From a virus (taxonomy: Duplodnaviria > Caudoviricetes), in IMG/VR virus record IMGVR_UViG_3300020036_004254: a DNA stretch of 64,000 nucleotides. One strand, given 5' to 3'. Shown here piece after piece: positions 54,700 to 63,006 of the stretch (position 1 is the stretch's first letter; each line of letters opens with the position of its first letter). The notes under the pieces are model-generated. The model did not search any database, was not told the origin of the DNA, and saw only the letters and a list, made by a program, of their open reading frames with translations. The position numbers were made by a program, and so were the translations under genes.

Positions 54700-54900
54700 A
54701 TGTTTGAACTTTGGCTTCGTATTGTTGTCTTTCTCCCATTTGCCATCGTTGGGTTTCTTTTTATTCTTGTGTCGGAAATAACAGAATATGTTGGAAACAC
54801 AATTTCTAATTGGTCAGAAAAACATGGGCCGTTGGCAATAACCAATCGTCAACGGAAAAAACTTCAAGAGGAAATGCGTTATTATGACACAGAAAACTGA
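54700..54900 (+). CDS. Small membrane protein
   Basis: AGGAGG RBS; N-terminal TM. Confidence 0.65.
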   Translation: MFELWLRIVVFLPFAIVGFLFILVSEITEYVGNTISNWSEKHGPLAITNRQRKKLQEEMRYYDTEN

Positions 54901-55237
54901 TAGTATGTACGATGAAATGATTGTGAAGTTGAAAGATATTCTTCACAAGAATGTTGTGACCGTGCGATTTGTGAAAGAAAGTACAGGGGAAACCAGAGAA
55001 ATGGTGTGTACCTTGGTAGAAAAGTATCTACCGGAGAAGAAAGCCCCGGCGAAGGATGCGCCAGTCAAGGCCCCGCGCAAGCAAAATCCCGATGTGTGCG
55101 TGGTGTTTGATTTACAGCGAGAGGAATGGCGGTCGTTCCGTTACGATTCGGTCATTGAATTCAGCACGATTGAGGGTGTCTATGTCCCAAAGACCCCGTC
55201 AAAGGTTGAGTTGGTGTTTACCCCAAACGAGGTATAA
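54884..55237 (+). CDS. WYL/Sm-like beta-barrel protein (DUF2693-like)
   Basis: VTVRFVK..GETREMVCTL..VFDL..EWRSFRYDSV. Confidence 0.75.
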   Translation: MTQKTDSMYDEMIVKLKDILHKNVVTVRFVKESTGETREMVCTLVEKYLPEKKAPAKDAPVKAPRKQNPDVCVVFDLQREEWRSFRYDSVIEFSTIEGVYVPKTPSKVELVFTPNEV

Positions 55238-55242
55238 ACTCT

Positions 55243-56385
55243 GTGAAGGCTGTCAAGCTACATCATGTCGGTCCCTCTGCCGCTGAACGGGGGACCATTG
55301 GAGAAGAGCCAGATTGGACCCAAGAAAAGGTGACGAACTATTCATCGGCCTTGTCTAGGGGGTTGAACTGGTACAACTATATCTGTGACCACAAGAACTA
55401 CACCAAGTTCTTGGCAGAGTGGATTCAGACTAATCGCTCTGATACGGCCAAAAAAGATTTGTCGCGTTTGGACAAGCTTTCTGAGAAGGAAGTGAATGCC
55501 ACAACCGCCATCTTTGCCAGAATGCATCTGAAGGGATTCCCCCTGAGCGAAGGACATCAAGAGATTATCACAGATTATGTGAATGGTCTGAAGCGTCTGG
55601 ACAAGGTCAAGTCTGAATCGTCTGACGAACCAAAGGGTCCGTCAGTACAAGACCGGATGCGCCAACAGGTGTCTGGGGCCTTGTCAGAAATCGATGTGGC
55701 GGTGGACAACTTCTTGGTTGATAACATTAAAGTAGACTTCGACAAGTTGCGCGATGTTATTTTCAACCCGCTCTTCAAGGGTCCGCACCACGCCATTATC
55801 GAAAAACACCTGAAGCGGTACATTGCGGAATGGCAAGAGGCTGTGGACGCCATGAACGGGAATTTCAGGAACCCAGATTCTAATCAGTTGGCGGAAGGGT
55901 ACGCCTACACGGGTGGACCCAAGTTCATGAACAATCTTATCACCAAGTTCTCTGCTCTACGAAACACCTTGACCACGGAAGGTGCCAAGGTCAAGATGCA
56001 ACGGATTCGGAAGAAGAAGCCTGTGGATAAGAAGAAGATGGTGTCCAAGATGAAGTTCCTCAAGGAGTGTAAGGAACTGGGCTTGACAAGCGTCAATCCC
56101 GCTGATATCATTGGAGCCACCACCCTCTGGGTCTATGACTGCAAGAAGCGCAAGCTTGGAATGTTTGAAGGGGAGTTCTCAGGAAGTTTGCATGTCAAGG
56201 GGACAACCATCCTTGGAGTCAAGCCCTCATTCCAGAAGACCCTGCGAAAGCCAGACCAACAGATGGCTGAGTTCATTAAGCTCAGGAAAAACCAGACCGC
56301 CAACTTCTTTGGCGCAATCAAGGCCAAGCCCCAAGAAATGACGGGCCGAACCAACACTGATTTGATTCTGGTTAGAGTGGACTGA
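55243..56385 (+). CDS. Conserved T4-like hypothetical protein
   Basis: LNWYNY, SVNPADIIGA..LWVYD.KKRKL, VKGTTI..KTLRKP..GRTN. Confidence 0.75.
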   Translation: MKAVKLHHVGPSAAERGTIGEEPDWTQEKVTNYSSALSRGLNWYNYICDHKNYTKFLAEWIQTNRSDTAKKDLSRLDKLSEKEVNATTAIFARMHLKGFPLSEGHQEIITDYVNGLKRLDKVKSESSDEPKGPSVQDRMRQQVSGALSEIDVAVDNFLVDNIKVDFDKLRDVIFNPLFKGPHHAIIEKHLKRYIAEWQEAVDAMNGNFRNPDSNQLAEGYAYTGGPKFMNNLITKFSALRNTLTTEGAKVKMQRIRKKKPVDKKKMVSKMKFLKECKELGLTSVNPADIIGATTLWVYDCKKRKLGMFEGEFSGSLHVKGTTILGVKPSFQKTLRKPDQQMAEFIKLRKNQTANFFGAIKAKPQEMTGRTNTDLILVRVD

Positions 56386-56410
56386 TAAAATACCTTATAA
56401 AGGAGACAAT

Positions 56411-56662
56411 ATGAAAAAATATGTGGTCAGACGTACTAGTGGAAATAGGTACTTGGTAACTGATGGTGATAAGAAAAGTTTTTATGGTCCTTGGGGTTCA
56501 AATGATGTCAACGAGGCCACCAAATACGATAGCCATCATGAGGCCATGGTAAGTCTTTTTCAAACATATGAAAATAGGTGTAGTCGTATCAAAGATGAAA
56601 CTGGGCTTGAAATTGTTCAAGTTCGAGAGATATCAAACCCGCGATGGGAAGTGGTGGAATGA
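56411..56662 (+). CDS. Hypothetical protein
   Basis: AAGGAG RBS; AT-rich. Confidence 0.7.
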   Translation: MKKYVVRRTSGNRYLVTDGDKKSFYGPWGSNDVNEATKYDSHHEAMVSLFQTYENRCSRIKDETGLEIVQVREISNPRWEVVE

Positions 56663-57555
56663 TAATTGTCGATTACAGCCAGATTGCTATCAGCACATTG
56701 ATGGCGGAATTAGCAGGACGCAAGGATGTTCCCATCAGCGTTCCGTTGGTGCGGCACATGCTGGTCAACGCCATGCGGTCGTTCAAGTATCGATTTGGAC
56801 GCACCTATGGACAGTTGGTGATTGCCTGTGACGACCGTCGTTACTGGCGTAAGGAAATCTTTGAACACTACAAGGCCAGTCGAAAAAAGGCGCGTGAAGA
56901 TTCAGGGTTTGATTGGCAATCCATTTTCGAAGCCTTGAATATGGTCAAGCAAGAATTGTCGGAACACTTCCCCTATCCGGTGATTGAAGTGTCTCGTGCT
57001 GAAGCTGACGATGTCATTGCGTCACTGGTTTTCTGGTCGCAGAATAATGATTTGGTTGGTGGTGGTATTCTTGAGGATGCCCAACCACAACCCATCTTGA
57101 TTCTTTCACAGGACCACGATTTCCAACAGTTGCAGATGTACCACAATGTGGAACAATACGCCCCGGTGGAAAAGAAGTTCATCAAAAACGAGAACCCCAA
57201 TCTATTCCTTGTGGAGCATATCCTGCGAGGGGATAAGGGTGACGGGATTCCTAACTTCCTCAGTCCCGCTGAAACCTTTGTCACAGAAGGAATGCGACAG
57301 AAGAATTTGGGAGCCAAGGCTGATGTCTGGAAGCACCTTTCCAAGGATGAGTACTTGACAACACCTGAGTTGAAGGCTAACTTTGAAAGGAATGAGCGAT
57401 TGGTGGACCTCCGGTGTATCCCCCAAGAGATTCAGGACGCTGTCATCGATTCGTACACGAAACAGGTGGCCCTTAGAAAGGACCGCTCCAAATTGCTCGA
57501 CTACTTTGTGAAGTACCAGATGCCTAACATGATGGAGCATTTAAATGAATTCTAG
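56659..57555 (+). CDS. rnh: T4-type RNase H / 5'-3' exonuclease
   Basis: IIVDYSQ, YWRK..F..YKASR, EADDVI, GDKGDGIPN, RNERLVDL. Confidence 0.93.
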   Translation: MIIVDYSQIAISTLMAELAGRKDVPISVPLVRHMLVNAMRSFKYRFGRTYGQLVIACDDRRYWRKEIFEHYKASRKKAREDSGFDWQSIFEALNMVKQELSEHFPYPVIEVSRAEADDVIASLVFWSQNNDLVGGGILEDAQPQPILILSQDHDFQQLQMYHNVEQYAPVEKKFIKNENPNLFLVEHILRGDKGDGIPNFLSPAETFVTEGMRQKNLGAKADVWKHLSKDEYLTTPELKANFERNERLVDLRCIPQEIQDAVIDSYTKQVALRKDRSKLLDYFVKYQMPNMMEHLNEF

Positions 57556-57581
57556 AAACAATAAAATCACCTAGCTAAACC

Positions 57582-57764
57582 ATGATAATTTCAATTTCGA
57601 AAATAGATGATATGGTTGGTGTATTGTCCCTCGTAATAGAAAGTCGTGATGATAGAAATTCAGAACGGGAAATCGTTTCTCTAAAACGCGCTGTTGACGC
57701 TTTGTCAGATTACATTAAATATAAAAACGAAACTAGACAAACTCACATTATGGGGGATGTATAA
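57582..57764 (+). CDS. Hypothetical protein
   Basis: Fills the gap between rnh and ligase. Confidence 0.45.
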   Translation: MIISISKIDDMVGVLSLVIESRDDRNSEREIVSLKRAVDALSDYIKYKNETRQTHIMGDV

Positions 57765-57765
57765 C

Positions 57766-58872
57766 ATGGAAATCGTTCGCTCTTCACAAGTTCTTGTATC
57801 CAAGGCCAGCACTGGTCTTGATAAATTCTGGCAAGGTCATATCGTCACAGACGGTAAGGATTACTTTCTGACTTCTTCTAGCTGGCGCGAGTTGGCTGGT
57901 GGGGGAACGAGTAAGGTGGTGGAGTCCGTTCCGTACTTGGTGACCGTCAAGAACGTGGGGAAGATTAACGAGACAGACCCGCTGGAACAGGCCGAGTCGG
58001 AGTTTGATTCCATGGTCAAGAAGCAGATGGACTCGAAGAACTATCTTCCCAAGGGCACCAAGGCGTCAGCCAAGAAGCTTCCACTTCCGATGTTGGCCCA
58101 GAAGTACCGGGACAAGAGCCACAAGATTCAGTGGCCAGCATTTATCCAAAGAAAATATGATGGAAATAGGATGATTTTCAATGGCGAAAATGCCCAGACT
58201 CGCGGGGGCAAACCATTCCTTGACGGTGTCATCAAGCACTTGAAGTTTGACACAAAGGGATATATTCTCGACGGAGAGTTGATGTTGCCGGGGAATGTTC
58301 CTCTGCAAACGACAATGAAGGCGGTGAAAAAAGTATGTGAAGAGTCTAAGACGCTCGTTTACTGTGTTTATGATATTGTAGACGAATCGCTGACGTTTGA
58401 AGACCGTTATAGAACCCTCAAAGAATTGCTCAAATCTGCTCCGAAGAGTGTCGTATCTGTTGAAACTGTGGTGGTCAAATCGGAATCAGAAATGCAAGCC
58501 AAACACGAAGAGTGGGTTCTTGAGGGGTTCGAGGGAACTATTATTCGAAATGGAAGCGGAAAATACGCCATCAATCAACGGTCGGAAAACCTTCAGAAAC
58601 ACAAAGACTTCCTTGACCAAGAATATGAAATTGTTGGGGTTAAATCTGGCGAGGGCTTATATTCTGATTGTGCTATTTTCCGTTGTGTGACTGAAGATGG
58701 TGAAGAGTTTGATTCCAACCCCGAAGGTACATTGGAATACAAGAGAGAAATCTTCCGTAACAAGGGAAGTTATATCGGAAAGTGGTTGACAGTGAGATTT
58801 TTCTCGAAAAGTTTGTCTGGAAAGCCGCTCATGAATGTTGGTGTCGCTGTGCGAGATAAGGAAGAATTCTAG
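57766..58872 (+). CDS. ATP-dependent DNA ligase
   Basis: PMLAQ, KYDGNR, LDGEL, VYDI, EGTIIRN, LQKHKDF. Confidence 0.93.
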   Translation: MEIVRSSQVLVSKASTGLDKFWQGHIVTDGKDYFLTSSSWRELAGGGTSKVVESVPYLVTVKNVGKINETDPLEQAESEFDSMVKKQMDSKNYLPKGTKASAKKLPLPMLAQKYRDKSHKIQWPAFIQRKYDGNRMIFNGENAQTRGGKPFLDGVIKHLKFDTKGYILDGELMLPGNVPLQTTMKAVKKVCEESKTLVYCVYDIVDESLTFEDRYRTLKELLKSAPKSVVSVETVVVKSESEMQAKHEEWVLEGFEGTIIRNGSGKYAINQRSENLQKHKDFLDQEYEIVGVKSGEGLYSDCAIFRCVTEDGEEFDSNPEGTLEYKREIFRNKGSYIGKWLTVRFFSKSLSGKPLMNVGVAVRDKEEF

Positions 58873-58902
58873 GACTTTACTTGTTTCAGAGCTTGTTGGA
58901 TG

Positions 58903-58910
58903 TATAAATA
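58903..58910 (+). promoter_or_regulatory. T4-type late promoter TATAAATA
   Basis: Directly upstream of the HNH-like endonuclease. Confidence 0.75.
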
Positions 58911-58934
58911 CACATACACCGACAAGGAGAGTAT

Positions 58935-59630
58935 ATGCCAAAGGGAATTTCGGGACGAGAAACCAAAACAACTTGTGTTGAATATTGGGTGACCAAGGGA
59001 TACAGTAGAGAGAATGCAGAAGATGCGTTGAGAGAACATCAGCGCAAAAATGTTTCGAAAGTCAAAAAGGCTTCTGAGGAAAATCAAAAATCAAAAATCA
59101 CCCTAAATCAAACATTTGGAAAGTGGGTAGTCAAAACCCTTGACTTCAAAAGCGGAGAACAATTAGGGCTTATTGGAAAACAGTCAACGTGGTTTGTTCA
59201 AGTAACATGTGTTTGTGGGTTTGAGAAGCATGTGGCCATAAGAAGCCTCGTATCTGGACGAAGCAATGGGTGTAAAACGTGTGTCAAAGCTCGCGGAGAA
59301 TCCCATTCAAAATGGAACGGGTATAAAGATTTGTCTGGTCGTTATTACGGTCAAGTGAAAGAACACGCAAAACGAGCTAAAAGAACGTTTAATATATCGA
59401 AGAAGTTCATGTACGATTTGTTTGAAAAGCAGAATCGTTGTTGTGCTTTGTCGGGTATTGCGTTAACGTGGGGCGATGCTTCGTTGGACCGAATTGACAG
59501 CACTGTGGGATACGAAAAGCATAATGTCCAGTGGGTTCATAAAAAGCTCAATCAGATGAAGTCAGATACACCAATAAACGAATTTCTTGATTGGTGTGTT
59601 AAAGTTTCAAACTTTCAACAGAGTGTATAA
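58935..59630 (+). mobile_element. Free-standing His-Me finger (HNH-like) homing endonuclease
   Basis: CVCG..L.SG.S.GC..C zinc module; CALSG..ASLDRIDS..GY...NVQWV...NQMK. Confidence 0.8.
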
Positions 59631-60142
59631 TGGCAATAACAAACATTGGTGACATCCGAAGAAAGCTTGATGCGTGTATTGCGGGTCGTAATGCCACGGA
59701 TGCGGCAGTGCGGGTATATCAGGACGCCAAGATTTTGGTCAATGATGCATTAGACGCTCTTACCACGGCAGAACAGGTATTGACCGATGCGGCGGCGGCG
59801 GCAGAGGCGGCTTTGGACACCAAGGTGGCGGCAGTTGTTGCGTTAGAAACGGGGATGGAAGGGTTGCTTGACTCTATTCAAAACGCCAAACGCCTCAAGA
59901 AAGGAAATGCGTTGGACACCTGTATTGCTATTCGTGAGGCGATTAATGATACGGCGCAAACTGTTGACCGTTTGAAACGGCAAGCGGAATCTGCCGCTGA
60001 ACTATCTAGCATTGCAGATGCGGCGGTGCAAACCGCTGAATCCGCTTGGTTGGAACGAGTTCGTGTGTATGATAATGCGGTGGCGACAGTGGAAAGTGCC
60101 AGAAACGCGGCCATTGAAGCCGCAAAAATCTTAGGTGTGTAA
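59630..60142 (+). CDS. Ala-rich coiled-coil protein
   Basis: Amino acid composition; TAATG coupling. Confidence 0.65.
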   Translation: MAITNIGDIRRKLDACIAGRNATDAAVRVYQDAKILVNDALDALTTAEQVLTDAAAAAEAALDTKVAAVVALETGMEGLLDSIQNAKRLKKGNALDTCIAIREAINDTAQTVDRLKRQAESAAELSSIADAAVQTAESAWLERVRVYDNAVATVESARNAAIEAAKILGV

Positions 60143-60147
60143 ATATA

Positions 60148-60462
60148 ATGACAGAATCACTTCCCTTCTCATGGAGTGTATTTTGGTCGGGGGTTGCGGA
60201 TATGGCTGGTGCCAGCTATATTCTACCAGTCCTGTGTTTTGCGGCGGCATTTGCTACGGATTGGTGTTGGACAAAATACATCAAGCGAGCGGGTGAAGGG
60301 GCGGCATTTCCTGCGGCGGCGTGGAGTATGGCTATCTACATCCTCTCTTCTCTGAATGTTCTGGCTTACACAAAGAACCCATGGCTCTTGGGTCCAATGA
60401 TTGTAGGATATTTCTTTGGCACATATTATGCAGTAAAACATGACAAAAAGGAGAAGGTATGA
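60148..60462 (+). CDS. Small multi-pass membrane protein
   Basis: Three hydrophobic helices; G.F.GTY motif. Confidence 0.7.
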   Translation: MTESLPFSWSVFWSGVADMAGASYILPVLCFAAAFATDWCWTKYIKRAGEGAAFPAAAWSMAIYILSSLNVLAYTKNPWLLGPMIVGYFFGTYYAVKHDKKEKV

Positions 60463-60833
60463 GTGCAAAACAGGAAATGATTGATGCGGTAAACAAATTT
60501 CGAAATCATTTGATGGCAGAATCAACCTCGTTCCGTTCAATGACACATGATAATGTACTGCGGAGCTTGCATTCTGCGAGACGGGTTGGTAATACTTCTA
60601 CGCTCGCTGGTGTTCTCAAGATAAATCCAAATGCTACACTCTTGGTTGGCAATCGAAGAATGGTTGATGACGTAACAAAAACTCACGGCATTTGTACAAC
60701 TAGGGTACACAGCGCAGAATCATTTTCTCAAAACCCCGGATTTCTCTATTGGGTTAATGGTCCCGTGCTGTTTGATACAACCGCAATAGAAACAATTTTA
60801 CATAACATCAGGAATGAGGTTCAAAATGGCTAA
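60459..60833 (+). CDS. Hypothetical protein with a degenerate P-loop-like motif
   Basis: AAGGAG RBS; ARRVGNTS. Confidence 0.6.
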   Translation: MSAKQEMIDAVNKFRNHLMAESTSFRSMTHDNVLRSLHSARRVGNTSTLAGVLKINPNATLLVGNRRMVDDVTKTHGICTTRVHSAESFSQNPGFLYWVNGPVLFDTTAIETILHNIRNEVQNG

Positions 60834-61434
60834 GTTACAGGTAAATGAAATTCTTGACAGAGTTTCCGCATTAGATGACATGGATTTAAAGATTAAAGCC
60901 ATGGATGACATGTGCAAGAAGGAACCGTATTTGTGGTCATTGCTCAAGATGGCTGTCAACCCGGACTATAAGATTGACCGTCTTCCACCCGGATTGCCAG
61001 AACGGTTTAAGCCAGAGCCAGATTTGCCGTCTAGTATTTCTGATACCAACATTCGAACCGAATTCCGTCGGATTCAGAATTACGTAAAGGGTGGTGCTTT
61101 AAAGGTTATTGACGAAAAGAAGTTGTTGGATAGCTGGACTGCCCTGTTACAGGGTTTGCACTATCAGGAAGCCCTGATTTTGACCATGGTAAAGGACCAA
61201 AATCTTTTGGAAAAATATCCTGATTTTTGGGTCATTTGTCCCGCTCTAGGGATTGAAACGTGTATAAATACAGATGAGGAAACTGGCGACCCAGCCTCGG
61301 CTTTGAAGTCCGTTGACCCAGACACGAAGTCCGCTGAAACCGTCACCGGAAGTCCTGTCCCACCAAGCGTGGATACAGTTACGGAACCGCCCAAAGCGAG
61401 TCCAGCCAAAACCAAGAAAGGAAAAGAGAAATGA
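60826..61434 (+). CDS. Conserved T4-like hypothetical protein
   Basis: VNEILD, LPPG, LLQGLH..EA.IL..VKD..L..KYP. Confidence 0.75.
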   Translation: MAKLQVNEILDRVSALDDMDLKIKAMDDMCKKEPYLWSLLKMAVNPDYKIDRLPPGLPERFKPEPDLPSSISDTNIRTEFRRIQNYVKGGALKVIDEKKLLDSWTALLQGLHYQEALILTMVKDQNLLEKYPDFWVICPALGIETCINTDEETGDPASALKSVDPDTKSAETVTGSPVPPSVDTVTEPPKASPAKTKKGKEK

Positions 61435-61600
61435 TTAGAACACATTTTATACTCTGGACAGAACGGAAATCTGAAGTGACCAAGTCGTCACTTGAGAGCA
61501 AGTCTGGTACACAAGGTTCAAGTTTCTAGTCAGGTTTCCGGTGTTTCTTCGGCCCCTTTCTGGTTACCAAACTGGAAAGGGGCTTCAGATTTTAGGGGGC

Positions 61601-61629
61601 TTGACAAACGCAGGAAGGGGGTGTAAGAT
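61601..61629 (+). promoter_or_regulatory. Sigma70-type promoter TTGACA-N17-TAAGAT
   Basis: Heads the tRNA region. Confidence 0.8.
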
Positions 61630-61654
61630 ATGGGTAACACTCTCTGGGGGTAAT

Positions 61655-61810
61655 GTGGAATACAGCGAAATGATTGAGCGATTGCACCATGTGCTAGCGA
61701 GGTTGGATGGCGAGACACGCAAGTTCTCCGAGGGTGAAGTGAAGAGACAGTTTTTGAAAGATTTAGACGCGGTAGAATGGGCCATCAAGATTGTAGAAGA
61801 GAATCAGTAG
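61655..61810 (+). CDS. Hypothetical protein
   Basis: GTG start after GGGGGT, downstream of the promoter. Confidence 0.5.
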   Translation: MEYSEMIERLHHVLARLDGETRKFSEGEVKRQFLKDLDAVEWAIKIVEENQ

Positions 61811-61816
61811 TATCAC

Positions 61817-61891
61817 GGGAGGTTCGCCTAGCGGCTATGGCACTTGTCCTACACACAAGTATAACCGTGGGTTCGAGTCCCACACTTCCCA
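61817..61891 (+). tRNA. tRNA-Val(UAC)
   Basis: Acceptor GGGAGGT/ACTTCCC; anticodon arm CTTGT-ccTACac-ACAAG; GTTCGAGTC T-loop. Confidence 0.9.
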
Positions 61892-61894
61892 TTT

Positions 61895-62036
61895 GGTTCG
61901 ATACACCAGCCTCGCCAGAGGCGTGAATGCAGATGACGTACCCGTGTCCTGTCGCTAACGGCGAAATCTAGTACTGCATTCTGTAAGGGAGCGTTATCGA
62001 CGTAAGGAACCACACGCTGACATGGGTGGTTCGCCA
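61895..62036 (+). ncRNA. Unknown ~140-nt pseudoknotted RNA
   Basis: Several stems and a 9-bp long-range pairing, found by hand. Confidence 0.5.
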
Positions 62037-62040
62037 ATTT

Positions 62041-62123
62041 GGAGAGTACCGCGAAACGGTTTGCAAGTGGACTTGAAATCCATGGACACCGCAAGGTGTG
62101 GGGTTCGATTCCTCTACTCTCCT
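62041..62123 (+). tRNA. tRNA-Ser(UGA)
   Basis: Acceptor GGAGAGT/ACTCTCC; GTGGA-ctTGAaa-TCCAT; long variable arm; atypical D arm. Confidence 0.85.
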
Positions 62124-62130
62124 CTGAAGG

Positions 62131-62199
62131 TTTTCTGTGGTGAAATGGAGAACACCCTCTGCTAGCGGGGGATTGTGGGTTCGAGTCCCACCAGAAAGA
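62131..62199 (+). ncRNA. tRNA-like RNA with a 4-nt (CUAG) anticodon loop
   Basis: Acceptor TTTTCTG/CAGAAAG; intact D and T arms; shrunken anticodon loop. Confidence 0.7.
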
Positions 62200-62210
62200 T
62201 GAAGCACCCC

Positions 62211-62239
62211 TTGACAAACGCAATGTAAGGGGTTATGCT
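62211..62239 (+). promoter_or_regulatory. Sigma70-type promoter TTGACA-N17-TATGCT
   Basis: Promoter family member; followed by boxA-like GTTTATTGACAACTGAA. Confidence 0.8.
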
Positions 62240-62294
62240 ATAGAAGTGTTTATTGACAACTGAAGATAGTAGTGTACGTTTAGGTACACCCATT

Positions 62295-62370
62295 ACCTAC
62301 CATGGTGCCGTGTTGACATTGTTGGTATCACATCAACACCAGCGCAAGCTGTGTGATATCGATTGGGGGT
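62295..62370 (+). ncRNA. Unknown three-stem pseudoknot RNA
   Basis: 7-bp and 12-bp interlocked stems plus a GNRA hairpin. Confidence 0.55.
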
Positions 62371-62395
62371 TCTCCATTCATCCTAAATGGAATAT

Positions 62396-62478
62396 ACCGC
62401 CATGGCAAAATGGCAAAGCGCCGCACTTAGGATGCGGAGTCCGAAAGGGCATTGTGGGTTCGAGTCCCACTGGCGGTA
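62396..62478 (+). tRNA. tRNA-Leu(UAG)
   Basis: Acceptor ACCGCCA/TGGCGGT; CCGCA-ctTAGga-TGCGG; long variable arm. Confidence 0.9.
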
Positions 62479-62480
62479 CT

Positions 62481-62576
62481 GTGACTGTGATGGAACATGA
62501 TAGACATAGGGAAAGGACAATCCCGGAAGAGAAATTCCAAACGCTCTTCGTATCGGTTTGAATCCGGTCGGTCACG
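62481..62576 (+). ncRNA. Type II tRNA-like RNA with a non-canonical 8-nt anticodon loop
   Basis: Acceptor GTGACTG/CGGTCAC; T arm ATCGG-TTTGAAT-CCGGT; GGGA-aaggacaa-TCCC; oversized variable arm. Confidence 0.65.
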
Positions 62577-62601
62577 TTGAAACAACCTTGTAGTACAAAT
62601 T

Positions 62602-62723
62602 ACCGTTCAGCATGAGCGAGGGGTGATACTGGCCAGTAAGCCCACGGTCCATGCGTTTAACCCGAACTACGGGCGATATCCTGTAGTGGTTAGAAGATGG
62701 GGCGTTCGATTCCCCCAACGGTC
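62602..62723 (+). ncRNA. tRNA mimic with acceptor and T arm plus two long extra arms
   Basis: ACCGTT/AACGGT; GGGG(C)G-TTCGATT-CCCCC; two long internal hairpins. Confidence 0.55.
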
Positions 62724-62734
62724 GCTATATCGTC

Positions 62735-62850
62735 CGTCCCTCATGGTTGGGACGTTAAACAAAGGCCAGAATCGTTGTGTGTCCCTTGAGAAGGAACACT
62801 CTGGTAAGTGGGGATAGTGCCATAATGCAATCTGACTGGTTGCAAACCCC
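62735..62850 (+). ncRNA. Unknown multi-stem RNA
   Basis: CGTCCC/GGGACG, GCCAGA/TCTGGT, TGCAATC/GGTTGCA, GGGG/CCCC. Confidence 0.45.
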
Positions 62851-62855
62851 TTCAC

Positions 62856-62930
62856 GCGCTCATCGAATTTAACGGTTAGTTCAACGGACTTTTAATCCGT
62901 ATGGTGGGGGTTCGAATCCCTCTGGGCGCA
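62856..62930 (+). tRNA. tRNA-Lys(UUU)
   Basis: Acceptor GCGCTCA/TGGGCGC; ACGGA-ctTTTaa-TCCGT; GTTCGAATC. Confidence 0.88.
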
Positions 62931-63006
62931 TTGTACAGTCGAACGTGTCAGCACACACCTAGCTAAGTACGAGGGGCCGTTCCTTGTAACTGTACATTCT
63001 CAGGAC

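Noticed and set aside
61263-61270. TATAAATA inside the 60826-61434 gene, and a 32-aa ORF at 61431-61529
   Set aside because: Possibly real, but intragenic with only a weak downstream ORF; insufficient support
62131-62199. Amber-recoded genetic code with a suppressor tRNA
   Set aside because: Core genes (gp13, gp22, gp44, rnh, ligase) end at TAG at the expected lengths, and no core gene is interrupted
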